Below, piece after piece: positions 20,029 to 29,602 of a stretch of DNA of 64,000 nt; position 1 is the first letter of the stretch, and every line of letters starts with the position of its first letter. The stretch is from an uncultured Nitrospiraceae bacterium. GTDB taxonomy: Bacteria; Nitrospirota; Nitrospiria; Nitrospirales; Nitrospiraceae. The notes beneath the pieces were generated by a model. That model worked only from the letters and a program-made list of their open reading frames with translations, had not been told where the DNA came from and searched no databases. The stretch spans positions 224,001-288,000 of the forward strand of contig CAVPLT010000001.1 in assembly GCA_963706325.1 (NCBI GenBank), given 5' to 3'. Both the position numbers and the translations under genes were made by a program.

Positions 20029-21516
20029 TCATATTTTTGCCTGCAGGCTTCCTGGGGCCACAAACACCAGAGGAAGGCCCTGTATGAATCCTTCACGAAG
20101 GTCATGGTTGTACCAAACCTCCAACACTCCCGCTCCATTCGTCCAGTCAACCATGCTCCCTTGAGCCAGTACACCTCCATAGACTTTGATGTGGCCTGCA
20201 TAGCGCACGTCACCGGCGACATACAGCACCCCCTGCAGATGAATGCCGGAAAGCTGAACGGGAACCCTGCTGCCAAGTGACTGCTGCCCTTCGGGCGGCG
20301 GGCTCAACGCCTGCACTGGCTTCCCAGGCTGCCCGGCCTTCCACAGGACATGCGCGTTCACAATGAAGATGCCCTCGGCATATTCTTGATCAAGGACGAT
20401 CGTGCCTAAATTGTCCAGCCGCGGTGGCATGCCGTCGAGGGTATCGACGAAGACCAACCCGCGATGGTCTCCCAGGCCCGTCGACGCAAACACCTCTGCG
20501 GCCGGTCGCCCCAGGCCTGGTTGAATCAGGCCACCGGGATACAGCAATCCTTCGCGATCCATACCGTAGTATCGCCCAAACTGCTTCGACATCCGCTTGA
20601 GTGCGTCGTAATCCCATAGATCCGACTTGATGCCGGGCACCGGCTCTTGCTGGACATGAACGTTTAGTGGAATTCCCTGCCATGATCCTGCGGGAAGCTG
20701 TGCAAAGAAGGCGTCGCCACCAAGTTGGACATCGAGCCATCGGTCCTCACGGTGCGTCATTTCACCATAGGCCTGCCCCGTCACCGCCGCCAATCCACTC
20801 TTGGTCGGCAGCTCATCCGGCCGTGGGAAATACGCCTGACCTCGCACCATCATGTCGCCCCAATGGACGAGGACCGCGCCGGGGCGGGCTTGAGCAGACT
20901 CGCTTCCGAGTGTGCCGCTCTGAAGCGGCGCATGTAGCGCCGGGATGGCATAGGCTCCGAATTCAACCGACAATGTCTTCGTCACGCGAGCGTCATGACC
21001 CGCTCCCGCCGTCACGTCTACTGTGCATAGTAATCCCGGTCTCGCTGCTCCATACACCCGCAGCTTGAGAATTCTGGCGAGTCCTTTGAGTGACTTAAAC
21101 CAACCCGTTTGCGGATCATTCAGCAGGATATCGTGCTGAGGATTTGTCGCATCAAACACGATATCGGGACGACTCGCAGTTCCCACAAACTGTGACCGTC
21201 CCTGCAGATCGAAATAGGACGGATCACCCTGCGCATTCATGGCCCGTCTTGAGAGCCATGCCGGATCGAGTCCCTGCGGCATATGCGCGGGATCGTGAAA
21301 CCATCCCATCACCACATCCACAGCCGCCTCCGCCGCATGATGGGCAGTTCGCTCCTGTTGTAAAGCACTCGCTCCTATTATCTCCTGCCCTGCCAGCTGC
21401 ATCGAGGTCATACCCAATAGGGAGAGCAAAAATACCACCATCAGCACTGCCAACAACGCCATTCCCCGCTCATCTCGCTGCGCCACCGCGCTTGCAACCA
21501 CAGTGTTCTTGTTCAT
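20029..21516 (-). CDS. Extended PilX-like pilin with large C-terminal domain, cassette B
   Basis: ERG|MALLAVL (no E+5); AHHAAEAA; Gly/aliphatic beta-rich C-terminus GVLYVAGDVRYAGHIKVYGGVLAQG. Confidence 0.75.
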   Translation of the reverse strand: MNKNTVVASAVAQRDERGMALLAVLMVVFLLSLLGMTSMQLAGQEIIGASALQQERTAHHAAEAAVDVVMGWFHDPAHMPQGLDPAWLSRRAMNAQGDPSYFDLQGRSQFVGTASRPDIVFDATNPQHDILLNDPQTGWFKSLKGLARILKLRVYGAARPGLLCTVDVTAGAGHDARVTKTLSVEFGAYAIPALHAPLQSGTLGSESAQARPGAVLVHWGDMMVRGQAYFPRPDELPTKSGLAAVTGQAYGEMTHREDRWLDVQLGGDAFFAQLPAGSWQGIPLNVHVQQEPVPGIKSDLWDYDALKRMSKQFGRYYGMDREGLLYPGGLIQPGLGRPAAEVFASTGLGDHRGLVFVDTLDGMPPRLDNLGTIVLDQEYAEGIFIVNAHVLWKAGQPGKPVQALSPPPEGQQSLGSRVPVQLSGIHLQGVLYVAGDVRYAGHIKVYGGVLAQGSMVDWTNGAGVLEVWYNHDLREGFIQGLPLVFVAPGSLQAKI

Positions 21517-21535
21517 CACGCCTTTCCTTCTTCGC

Positions 21536-22312
21536 TTAGGTTCGTATCGCAATGTCCCTCATGAGTCTGGAACGTTCCTGCCCAACCCCAACCGTCACCC
21601 GAATTCGCGCCACTTCACGCGAGTCAGTTGTGAAGTGACCATCCCGATCCAAATAGCGCAGTTGGAATTCCTCCACGTCTGCCAACAGCGTGCTCGCCCC
21701 GCCGTCCACCTCACGCATCAACCGCCTGGTGCCATCGTCATGCCGCTTCAGGTAATAACGTACTCGATTGAGCAGCATGACCTCAGTACGACTCGGCAAG
21801 ACTTCAGCAGTCGGCGTCGTCAGAGTCAGTGTCTGCTTGCGGCCATCGACGGCGAGACGATTCCAGACACAACGGACAGCCGTGCAGAGCAGTAGTTGCT
21901 TCCCCTTCGGCCATCCGGCGCCTTCCTCCACGGGCAGGTCCTGTCGTCCGATTTCCGCTGTCTGAGTCAACGTCGTTACTGAGCCACTCAGATTGGCAAA
22001 GAACTCGACTTCATCAAGTTCCGCCGTAAGAAATGGCGAATCTCCACCCAATAATCCTGCGCCAACCAAACGTAGTTCGCTGCACAACACATCTAATCCG
22101 AGCCGGAGTTCCTGATTCGACACCATCGCGGAGTGTTGCGAGGTAAGCCGAGATCCATACGCTGAAAACATGTGGATTGCGGCCGAAATGGCCACGCTGC
22201 TGATCGTCAGGGCAATCAGGAGTTCAAGAAGACTGACCCCGGCGCAGCCGATGCGCCACCCCGGCGTTGTTCGCCTCAGCGGACCCTGAATGCCGATCTT
22301 GGCGCGACTCAT
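21536..22312 (-). CDS. PilW-like minor pilin, cassette B
   Basis: AG|VSLLELL; ELRLVG; RVRYYL...LLADVEEFQLRYLD. Confidence 0.8.
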   Translation of the reverse strand: MSRAKIGIQGPLRRTTPGWRIGCAGVSLLELLIALTISSVAISAAIHMFSAYGSRLTSQHSAMVSNQELRLGLDVLCSELRLVGAGLLGGDSPFLTAELDEVEFFANLSGSVTTLTQTAEIGRQDLPVEEGAGWPKGKQLLLCTAVRCVWNRLAVDGRKQTLTLTTPTAEVLPSRTEVMLLNRVRYYLKRHDDGTRRLMREVDGGASTLLADVEEFQLRYLDRDGHFTTDSREVARIRVTVGVGQERSRLMRDIAIRT

Positions 22313-22836
22313 GACACGGCCGCCGAACCAACATAGTGCGGATTGGCCCGAATCGTGCGCACCAGAATCTGCTTTTCCTGCCCCCCCAAAGTCCGAAATA
22401 TCGCGCGCGCCTCGATCGTCGCCAGGCTCGCCATGGCAGGGTGGACACCCCGATTGAGTTCGACGGTCCAGACAAGTCGAATATTGGACTGCCTTTGACT
22501 GGCGGTGAAAATGCCATCGCTACTCGTCGCATCATCTTCTAGTCCGTCGTCGCGCATCGCCGATTCCAATGTCCCGTTCTGATCCATATCGTCCATCAGC
22601 AACTGCTCCCACGGAAGGCTCCGCTTGGCTTCCACCCGAGATTCAGCCAAAGCCAGCGCAGTGGTCGTCGCTGCGCCGCGTTGAAGCCCATGCTCCGCCC
22701 AGTTGAACATTCCGATGGTTCCGATCACACCGATCGACAAGACCACCAGGGCGACCATACTTTCGACGAGTGTGAATCCCGCTGCGCCGGTCAGACAAGC
22801 GGGTCGTCGCAGGACATCCGCATGATAGTGTGTCAT
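22309..22836 (-). CDS. PilV-like minor pilin, cassette B
   Basis: AG|FTLVESMVALVVLSIG; ATGA overlaps with both neighbours. Confidence 0.8.
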   Translation of the reverse strand: MTHYHADVLRRPACLTGAAGFTLVESMVALVVLSIGVIGTIGMFNWAEHGLQRGAATTTALALAESRVEAKRSLPWEQLLMDDMDQNGTLESAMRDDGLEDDATSSDGIFTASQRQSNIRLVWTVELNRGVHPAMASLATIEARAIFRTLGGQEKQILVRTIRANPHYVGSAAVS

Positions 22837-23267
22837 GACTGGGCCACCCGTCCGGTTATGCTCACCGTCACATGGTGAATCGCTTTTAGACTGTCCATCA
22901 AAACTATTGTGGTCGCAGTCGCCGAGCGGCCGCTGGGTTGAAACAGGATCTCCGGGTTCGTCGACATCGACTCAATGACCGTGCCTCGATGTGCAAATGC
23001 ATACCGGCGAAGCGAGCCCATACCGCAGTCCACACATTCCGTCCGCAACTCAGACTGCTCAGCATTTACCACCACTCGAATACGTTCGTGCCGAGCCATC
23101 GCCAATTGTCGGGCCATGCGTAGCTCCGACGCGATTTCCATGACGACCGCCCGGTGCTGTTGCTTCGCCACGAGGGACGCCCACCCCGGTAGACTCACCC
23201 CTGCCACAATCGCGATAATGGCAATGACCATGCATAATTCCACGAGACTTACTCCCCGTTCGTTCAT
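22833..23267 (-). CDS. FimT/GspH-like minor pilin, cassette B
   Basis: NERG|VSLVEL; ELRMARQLAM; FQPSG; VSITGRV. Confidence 0.8.
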   Translation of the reverse strand: MNERGVSLVELCMVIAIIAIVAGVSLPGWASLVAKQQHRAVVMEIASELRMARQLAMARHERIRVVVNAEQSELRTECVDCGMGSLRRYAFAHRGTVIESMSTNPEILFQPSGRSATATTIVLMDSLKAIHHVTVSITGRVAQS

Positions 23268-23563
23268 ACCAACTCCTTTCGTCGAACGCGTAGAGTATCT
23301 CCAAGTTCCATGCCGTCCCGCTCATGGCATTTCTCCACGGTTAGCCCTCGCAGCGGTTTCGCTGGAATTGCAGGCGAATAGTGGGGGAGATGCTGGCTAG
23401 TGACGCAGGGTACCCGGTAGTTTTTCCTCGGCGGACCAGGCCAAATAGGAGGGCGGACGGTCCTGACTGTTCCAGTTCAGATACGGCTCACCCATCCATT
23501 TGGATACACTTCTTAGGAGGCATACAGCCGGAAGGTGGCTCTGGAAGACGATTTGCGGGTACT

Positions 23564-24337
23564 CTAGCGAGGAAGATCGATGAGTGACCAATACCACTCA
23601 AACAGGGACTCGTGGAAGAGCAACGCCAGAAGGGAGCCAATGGCGAGGAATGGACCAAAGGGGATGTACTGTTCTCGCCGCATGAGCCGGGCAATAATAA
23701 GCCCCCCTCCGACCAGCGAGCCCAGTAAGGCTCCGATCATAATAGCCAGCAGCGCGGGCTGCCATCCGATGAACGAGCCGACCATCGCCATGAGCTTGAT
23801 ATCTCCTCCGCCCATGCCCTCTTTACCGAAAACATATGGACTGATCCAGGCTAGGAACCAAAGGATACCCCCGCCTACCAGAACGCCGAGCAGGGAATCC
23901 ACAAGGGTGATCGGGAGAATCACGGCGGCGCAGAGAAGGCCCACAACGATCCCAGGCAAGGTGACCGCATCGGGAATCATGGTGTGCGAGAGATCCGTCC
24001 CCGTCACCACGATTAATGCGGAAACAAGGGAGGCATAGACACAAGCGGTGGCGGTGAAACCGAATACCCAGAACACCCCCAGATACCCTATCGCATTAGC
24101 CGCTTCCACGAACGGATACTGCATGGAAATGGGCGCACGGCAACCTCGACACCGTCCACGCAGCATGAGATAGCTCACGATCGGAATATTGTCATAGGCG
24201 GCGATAGCCTGATGGCAGGAAGGACAGTGAGAGCCTGGCCATGCAACCGATTCTTCTCGTGGTAGTCGATAAATGCAGACATTCAGAAAACTGCCGATCA
24301 CGGCGCCGAATAGGAGAACCATGAGGTAGGGTATCAT
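23564..24337 (-). CDS. pilD: Prepilin peptidase PilD
   Basis: GSFLNVCIYRLP, SHCPSC, GRCRGC, MGGGDIKL, IPFGPFL. Confidence 0.96.
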   Translation of the reverse strand: MIPYLMVLLFGAVIGSFLNVCIYRLPREESVAWPGSHCPSCHQAIAAYDNIPIVSYLMLRGRCRGCRAPISMQYPFVEAANAIGYLGVFWVFGFTATACVYASLVSALIVVTGTDLSHTMIPDAVTLPGIVVGLLCAAVILPITLVDSLLGVLVGGGILWFLAWISPYVFGKEGMGGGDIKLMAMVGSFIGWQPALLAIMIGALLGSLVGGGLIIARLMRREQYIPFGPFLAIGSLLALLFHESLFEWYWSLIDLPR

Positions 24338-24558
24338 GCGTGTCCTTATGAGTGAGGCTCACAATGGCTAATAGAGACTTTCCATTAGATACGAAGTATA
24401 GTTAATCCCAAACCAGCCGGCAGCAAACTGTCGCGACCTCACCTTTGTCCATTTACAAATGCTAGGAGAACTGCGTACAATAAAAAATCCGCTTTAGCGC
24501 GGTGGGTGGCAAGCCTCAGTTCGTGAATTGCATTTACCTGACGTGGAGCGATACGCAT

Positions 24559-24843
24559 ATGCCGACAACCGCCAAGACAACCAAAGGTCGAACTAAAGCA
24601 CCGTTACCGGAGCCCGTCCTTCCCCCTCGCAAGCGACGCCCCGAAGCCCTTACGACTCGCGAACAGGAAATCCTTGAGCTGATCTGGACCGGATTCAAAA
24701 ACAAAGAAATCGCCCAGCGGTTAAAAATCAGCGTGAAGACGGTCGAGGCCCATCGGGCCAATATGATGAAAAAAATCCGAGTCTCCAATACGGCTCAACT
24801 CCTCAAGGCCGCCATTCAAGGGAAAATGCTTCGGCTACGGTAA
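24559..24843 (+). CDS. Stand-alone LuxR-type HTH regulator
   Basis: LTTREQEIL...NKEIAQRLKISVKTVEAHRANMMKK; candidate promoter TTTACA-18-TACAAT at 24452-24481. Confidence 0.85.
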   Translation: MPTTAKTTKGRTKAPLPEPVLPPRKRRPEALTTREQEILELIWTGFKNKEIAQRLKISVKTVEAHRANMMKKIRVSNTAQLLKAAIQGKMLRLR

Positions 24844-24871
24844 CGTAACCCCCACCTCTGCCCAGACTCAC

Positions 24872-25648
24872 TCACTGAGAACCCGCCCCGCCCGTGCCAC
24901 GCTGGCGTAATGCCTCATAGAGCACGATGGCCGCTGAGGCCGAAACATTCAGCGATCCGACTTTTCCAAGCATAGGGATATGCGACGCATCGTCACAGGC
25001 TTCGCGCACACCGGGGCGAACCCCCTTCCCTTCACCGCCGAATACCAGCGCCACAGGCCCTCGAAAATCCAAGGACGTATAGACCTTGGGAGCTTCGGCA
25101 TCCAACGCATAAACCCAGAGTCCTGCGCCTTGAAGGCGTGCGATCAACCGAGAAAGGTTCGGTACTCGTCCCACGGGCATATGATCGACAGCCCCCGCAG
25201 ACGCCTTGGCAACCACACTCGTCAACCCCACCGCGCGACGCTCGGGAATAAATACACCCTGCACGCCGGACGCCTCGGCTGTCCGAAGAATTGCCCCGAG
25301 GTTATGCGGATCTTCGACACCGTCAAGCAGGACCAACAGGGGAGTCTGCCCGGGCGCCTGCGCCAACGAAAGAATGTCATCCGACTCGACATAGGCCTTG
25401 GCCGCTACCAGTCCGATGACTCCTTGATGACTACCAGCCGGGACAAACCGATCGAAGGCGGCGCGTGGTTCGAGATGCACCGGGACACGCTGGGCTCTTG
25501 CCAGACGCACGATTTCACCAAACTGTCGATCGGTTCCTAAAACGAGAAGACGCTGGAGTGGACGAATGCCGGCGCGGAGCGCCTCGCGTACGGCATGGAG
25601 GCCGTAAATCAACTCCGGAGGGTTATCGTTTCCATCGGCTGGTGCCAT
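24872..25648 (-). CDS. rlmB: 23S rRNA (Gm2251) 2'-O-methyltransferase RlmB
   Basis: HQGV, EDPHNLGAILRTA, GGEGKG, SLNVS. Confidence 0.93.
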   Translation of the reverse strand: MAPADGNDNPPELIYGLHAVREALRAGIRPLQRLLVLGTDRQFGEIVRLARAQRVPVHLEPRAAFDRFVPAGSHQGVIGLVAAKAYVESDDILSLAQAPGQTPLLVLLDGVEDPHNLGAILRTAEASGVQGVFIPERRAVGLTSVVAKASAGAVDHMPVGRVPNLSRLIARLQGAGLWVYALDAEAPKVYTSLDFRGPVALVFGGEGKGVRPGVREACDDASHIPMLGKVGSLNVSASAAIVLYEALRQRGTGGAGSQ

Positions 25649-27083
25649 CTGGACGGTCCTCGATCGTAATGCCGTGAGAAGCCAGTTCAGCTCGGAGCTG
25701 ATCGGCCAATGTATAATTTTTCATCTTTTTTGCCGCGATGCGCGCTACGATCTTCCCGGCAACCTCCTCATCAGACAGGGCCGTCATAGCCTCGCCTTGC
25801 GCGAGTGAGGACTCTCCCTGGACTTGCCGCTTGAACTGCCAACTGTCAGGCTGCAAGAGTCCCAGGACCGCACCGAGTGCGCGAAACTCCTGCCGCACGG
25901 CACGTCGCATTTCGACCGACAGTCCAGTCTCGATGGCTTTGTTAGCCTCGCTGCGCAATTTTTGCAAGACAGCCACAGCGGTGGGGGTATTCAGGTCATC
26001 GTCCATGGCGTCCGTAAATGCCTCTCGCGTCCGTGTCGTCGCCTCTCGCATCTGGTGATCGGCCGCACCGCGATCCGAGGTCGGTTCACTCAGCCTCTCA
26101 AAGAGATCGTAAAACCCGTTCAAGGCGCCCTTCGCGTCCCGTAAACTTTGGTCTGAAAAGTCTAACGGACTTCGGTAGTGGGTCGAGAGCAGAAAATAGC
26201 GCAGTATCTCGCCGGTCACTGCATCTGGCCACTGCGATTCCTTGAAAATATCGCGAATCGTAAAAAAATTCCCCAACGATTTGGACATTTTCTCCTGGTT
26301 GATCTGAACGAATCCGTTGTGAACCCAATACCGCGCGAATTCCTTCCCGGTGGCGCCGCAGGATTGCGCGATTTCATTCTCATGATGCGGAAAAATCAAA
26401 TCCATTCCTCCGCCATGAATGTCGAAGGTTTCCCCAAGATGCCGCATCGCCATGGCCGAACATTCGATATGCCATCCCGGTCGTCCCGGCCCCCACGGAC
26501 TGTCCCAGAACGGCTCACCAGATTTACTGGCCTTCCAGAGGGCGAAGTCCATGGGGTGGCGTTTCCGCTGATCGACATCCACACGCGCGCCCGCCTGCAG
26601 ATCGTCAAGCTTTCGCTTGGAGAGCCTGCCGTACAGCGGATATCGGTCGACCTCAAAATACACATCACCCTCGACACGGTAGGCCATCTCCTTCGCGAGC
26701 AACCTCTCGACAAGCATCACAATATCCGAAATATGCTCTGTCGCCCTAGGCTCAAGAGTGGCACGACGCACCCCGAGCTTTTCCATATCCTCATAGTAGG
26801 CACGGATATACTTACTCGTAATGTGCTCGCAGCTTACTCCTTGCTCATGAGCTCGCTTGATGATTTTATCGTCGACGTCTGTGAAGTTCTTGACAAACTC
26901 GACGATGAATCCGGAGTATTCCAGATAGCGCCGTAACACATCGAAAACTAGCGCACTCCGGGCATGTCCAATGTGGCAATAGTCATAGACCGTCACTCCG
27001 CACACGTACATGCGGGCTATGCCTGGCACTAGCGGCTCAAATCGGTCCTTCCTTCCGGTCAACGTATTGTGCACCCGCAACAT
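25623..27083 (-). CDS. cysS: Cysteine--tRNA ligase
   Basis: YVCGVTVY, HIGH, GWHIECS, FPHHENE, KMSKS. Confidence 0.97.
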   Translation of the reverse strand: MLRVHNTLTGRKDRFEPLVPGIARMYVCGVTVYDYCHIGHARSALVFDVLRRYLEYSGFIVEFVKNFTDVDDKIIKRAHEQGVSCEHITSKYIRAYYEDMEKLGVRRATLEPRATEHISDIVMLVERLLAKEMAYRVEGDVYFEVDRYPLYGRLSKRKLDDLQAGARVDVDQRKRHPMDFALWKASKSGEPFWDSPWGPGRPGWHIECSAMAMRHLGETFDIHGGGMDLIFPHHENEIAQSCGATGKEFARYWVHNGFVQINQEKMSKSLGNFFTIRDIFKESQWPDAVTGEILRYFLLSTHYRSPLDFSDQSLRDAKGALNGFYDLFERLSEPTSDRGAADHQMREATTRTREAFTDAMDDDLNTPTAVAVLQKLRSEANKAIETGLSVEMRRAVRQEFRALGAVLGLLQPDSWQFKRQVQGESSLAQGEAMTALSDEEVAGKIVARIAAKKMKNYTLADQLRAELASHGITIEDRPDGTSRWKR

Positions 27084-27091
27084 AATGGCCG

Positions 27092-27727
27092 CTACTCCAC
27101 TGTCGGCCCGCGTTTCGGCCAATGCGACCATAGAAAGTAGCCTAGCCCCAGGGCGAGAAATAACCCGATCACGACATCCGCATGATGAAAGTACTCACGT
27201 AGTTGGTTCCAATGCTCCCCCATCTTGAGCCCGACATAGGCCAGCGCATAACAGAAAGGGACCGCTCCGACAAATGAATAGAGCACGAACTTTTTCACGT
27301 CCATGCGCGCAATTCCCGCCGGGAGAGAAATGAACGTTCGAACCACAGGCAGTAAACGACCGATCAATACCGCCGCCTCTCCATGTTTCGTAAACCACCG
27401 ATCGGCCAGCTCTAAATCATGCTGCGAGACCAGGAAGTACCGGCCGTACCGTTCGGCGAATGGCCTCCCGCCCCACACACCCACGTAGTACGCCACCAAC
27501 GACCCCAGCACATTACCGACCGCTCCGGCAAGCGTCACGCCGAGCATCGAGAATTGCCCCGTCGAGACCAGGTAGCCGGAAAACGGCATGATGATTTCAC
27601 TTGGCAAAGGAATGCAGGCGCTTTCGATCGCCATCGTAATCACGATGCCGGTGTAGCCGAACATCGAAATCGTGGAAATGACGAACCGGCCGAGTTCTTC
27701 GATCAACCATTCGATCAGCCCCGTCAT
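27092..27727 (-). CDS. DedA-family membrane protein
   Basis: ESACIPLPSE; GRLLPVVRTFISLPAG. Confidence 0.92.
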   Translation of the reverse strand: MTGLIEWLIEELGRFVISTISMFGYTGIVITMAIESACIPLPSEIIMPFSGYLVSTGQFSMLGVTLAGAVGNVLGSLVAYYVGVWGGRPFAERYGRYFLVSQHDLELADRWFTKHGEAAVLIGRLLPVVRTFISLPAGIARMDVKKFVLYSFVGAVPFCYALAYVGLKMGEHWNQLREYFHHADVVIGLFLALGLGYFLWSHWPKRGPTVE

Positions 27728-28539
27728 ACCTCCGTCCTCCCAGGCGGGCCTGGCCTGCTCGGTGTCTTGCGCTTAGAAGGTTTTGAGAGCGGCCGCTCCC
27801 AGGCTTTGAACTGTTCGAGCACATCATGGTGGGTCGTATCGAGATGGATTGGGGTGACAGACACCATATGCTGCTCCAGCGCTTCGTGATCGGCATCCTT
27901 GCGCCGACTCCAGGATTTTCGTGTGCCGGCAATCCAGTAATACTTATGTCCCCTCGGATCAACTTTTTCAACAATAGGGTTCTCGAAGCGACGTCGACTG
28001 AGACAGGTCACCTTGACTCCCTTGATGGATCGAAAGGGTACATTCGGAATATTCACGTTCAAGATGGTTTCGGGCGGCAATCCGTGCGCTAACACCTCGG
28101 CGGCAACCCGAGCCGCGTATCGCGCCCCGACATCGAATCGAAATCTATCGTCGCCCTCTTGAGATACCGCCATCGAGGGAATGCCTAAAATCGTACCCTC
28201 CAGGGCGGCCGAGACCGTGCCGGAATACATCACGTCATCTCCAAGATTGACCCCCCTATTGATACCCGACACGATCAATGCCGGCTGCGCAGGCAAAACT
28301 TTCGCCAGAGCCAGATTGACACAATCAACGGGAGTTCCATTCACCATGAACACACGAAGCCCCATTTTGGTAATGCGCAGCGGCTTATGCAACGTGACCG
28401 CATGCCCCACTGCCGTCCGCTCTCGATCGGGCGCTACTATCCACACCTCTCCTAGAGTGCGCAACGCGTCGGCGACCGCATGAACCCCCGGGGATGCAAT
28501 CCCGTCGTCATTGGTCACAAGGATTCGCACACGTGACAC
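27724..28539 (-). CDS. surE: 5'/3'-nucleotidase SurE
   Basis: ILVTNDDG, GTPVDCV, SGINRGVNLG, YSGTV; start placed downstream of the tRNA. Confidence 0.95.
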   Translation of the reverse strand: MSRVRILVTNDDGIASPGVHAVADALRTLGEVWIVAPDRERTAVGHAVTLHKPLRITKMGLRVFMVNGTPVDCVNLALAKVLPAQPALIVSGINRGVNLGDDVMYSGTVSAALEGTILGIPSMAVSQEGDDRFRFDVGARYAARVAAEVLAHGLPPETILNVNIPNVPFRSIKGVKVTCLSRRRFENPIVEKVDPRGHKYYWIAGTRKSWSRRKDADHEALEQHMVSVTPIHLDTTHHDVLEQFKAWERPLSKPSKRKTPSRPGPPGRTEV

Positions 28540-28649
28540 AGCTTCTCCCCATCTTTGCGAATATGATGGAAGGGTACGAGTACAACCAGTGGGGGAGGAC
28601 GGCTGGGTTGTCCGGCAGAAAAATCCCGATTCTGAAAACATCGTGCCGA

Positions 28650-28726
28650 TGGTCGGGGCGGCGGGATTTGAACCCACGACCCCTCGCACCCCAAGCGAGT
28701 GCGCTACCGGGCTGCGCTACGCCCCG
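28650..28726 (-). tRNA. tRNA-Pro (GGG)
   Basis: CGGGGCG acceptor stem; anticodon arm CTCGC-TTGGGGT-GCGAG; GGTTCAAATCC T-loop; encoded CCA end. Confidence 0.96.
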
Positions 28727-28787
28727 ACTTACTCGGCATCGATATACTTCCGTAGTGTGGTCAGGGTCCACCGAGTCACGGAACAGT

Positions 28788-29141
28788 TCAGGGCGAATGA
28801 GAATCCAGCATCCTAATGATCGCCTGAAGATCCCCTCTGACGCGCTGCGCCAGTTCTTTCTGCGATCCGCGCTTCTTCACGGTCGCTCGACCTCGACGCG
28901 CCCAGTAGCGTTTCACGCCAGCCAGCGTGTGCCCTTCGTCATAGAGCATGCGCTTAATCTCCAGCACCGTATCCACGTCTCGCTGGACATATAGTCGCTG
29001 ATTGCCACGACTTTTTTTTGGTTTGAGGAAGCTAAATTCAGACTCCCAAAACCGCAACACATAAGCCGGCAACTTCGAAAGCTTGCTGACTTCGCCGATT
29101 TTATAAAATACCTTACTCCCCAGTCTGGGCTCATTCCCCAT
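28788..29141 (-). CDS. MerR-family HTH regulator
   Basis: YKIGEVS...VLRFWESEF...RLY; conserved ihfA-merR-tRNA-Pro arrangement. Confidence 0.9.
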   Translation of the reverse strand: MGNEPRLGSKVFYKIGEVSKLSKLPAYVLRFWESEFSFLKPKKSRGNQRLYVQRDVDTVLEIKRMLYDEGHTLAGVKRYWARRGRATVKKRGSQKELAQRVRGDLQAIIRMLDSHSP

Positions 29142-29182
29142 GACCGGTCCTCATTCTGCGTGTACTCGTGGCAAGATAGCGA

Positions 29183-29458
29183 CTAAGAGTTAACGTATTT
29201 TTTAAACACCTGACTGGGCCGAAATGTCACTACCCGGCGAGGAGTGATCCCAATCTCTTCGCCGGTTCGCGGATTGCGTCCCTTGCGCGCGCCTTTGCTT
29301 CGAACGACGAAATTGCCGAATCCAGCGATTTTCACCGCATCGCCTTTTTGCAGAACTCCCTTCAGCAGGTTGAGCACGAGTTCGACGATATCGGCGGCAT
29401 CGTTTTTTGACACGCCGACCTGCTTGAAAATTTCATTCGCAATATCCGCCTTTCTCAT
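29183..29458 (-). CDS. ihfA: Integration host factor alpha / HU-family protein
   Basis: VKIAGFGNF, GRNPRTGE, RRVVTFRPS. Confidence 0.88.
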   Translation of the reverse strand: MRKADIANEIFKQVGVSKNDAADIVELVLNLLKGVLQKGDAVKIAGFGNFVVRSKGARKGRNPRTGEEIGITPRRVVTFRPSQVFKKYVNS

Positions 29459-29541
29459 GCCTTTCCCCCCGCCATCCACTAGAGTCGTTCCTTAGGAAGT
29501 GCTTCTTGGTGTCGAGCGTCCAAGACAAAGAATTTCTCCAT

Positions 29542-29570
29542 AAGTTACGTGAGGTTACCTGCCCTGTCAA
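29542..29570 (-). promoter_or_regulatory. Sigma70-type promoter for ihfA
   Basis: TTGACA-17 nt-TAACTT. Confidence 0.6.
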
Positions 29571-29602
29571 GGATTATGTGCGTCAGAATGGAGGTAGCAG
29601 TT

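Noticed and set aside
9151..24337. Pilus locus as a mobile element or shufflon
   Set aside because: No recombinase, transposase or repeated recombination sites seen.
28540..28689. N-terminal extension of SurE
   Set aside because: It overlaps tRNA-Pro; the real start is near 28539.
28650..28726. tRNA-Pro as an island integration site
   Set aside because: No integrase and no duplicated tRNA 3' end seen; surE follows directly.
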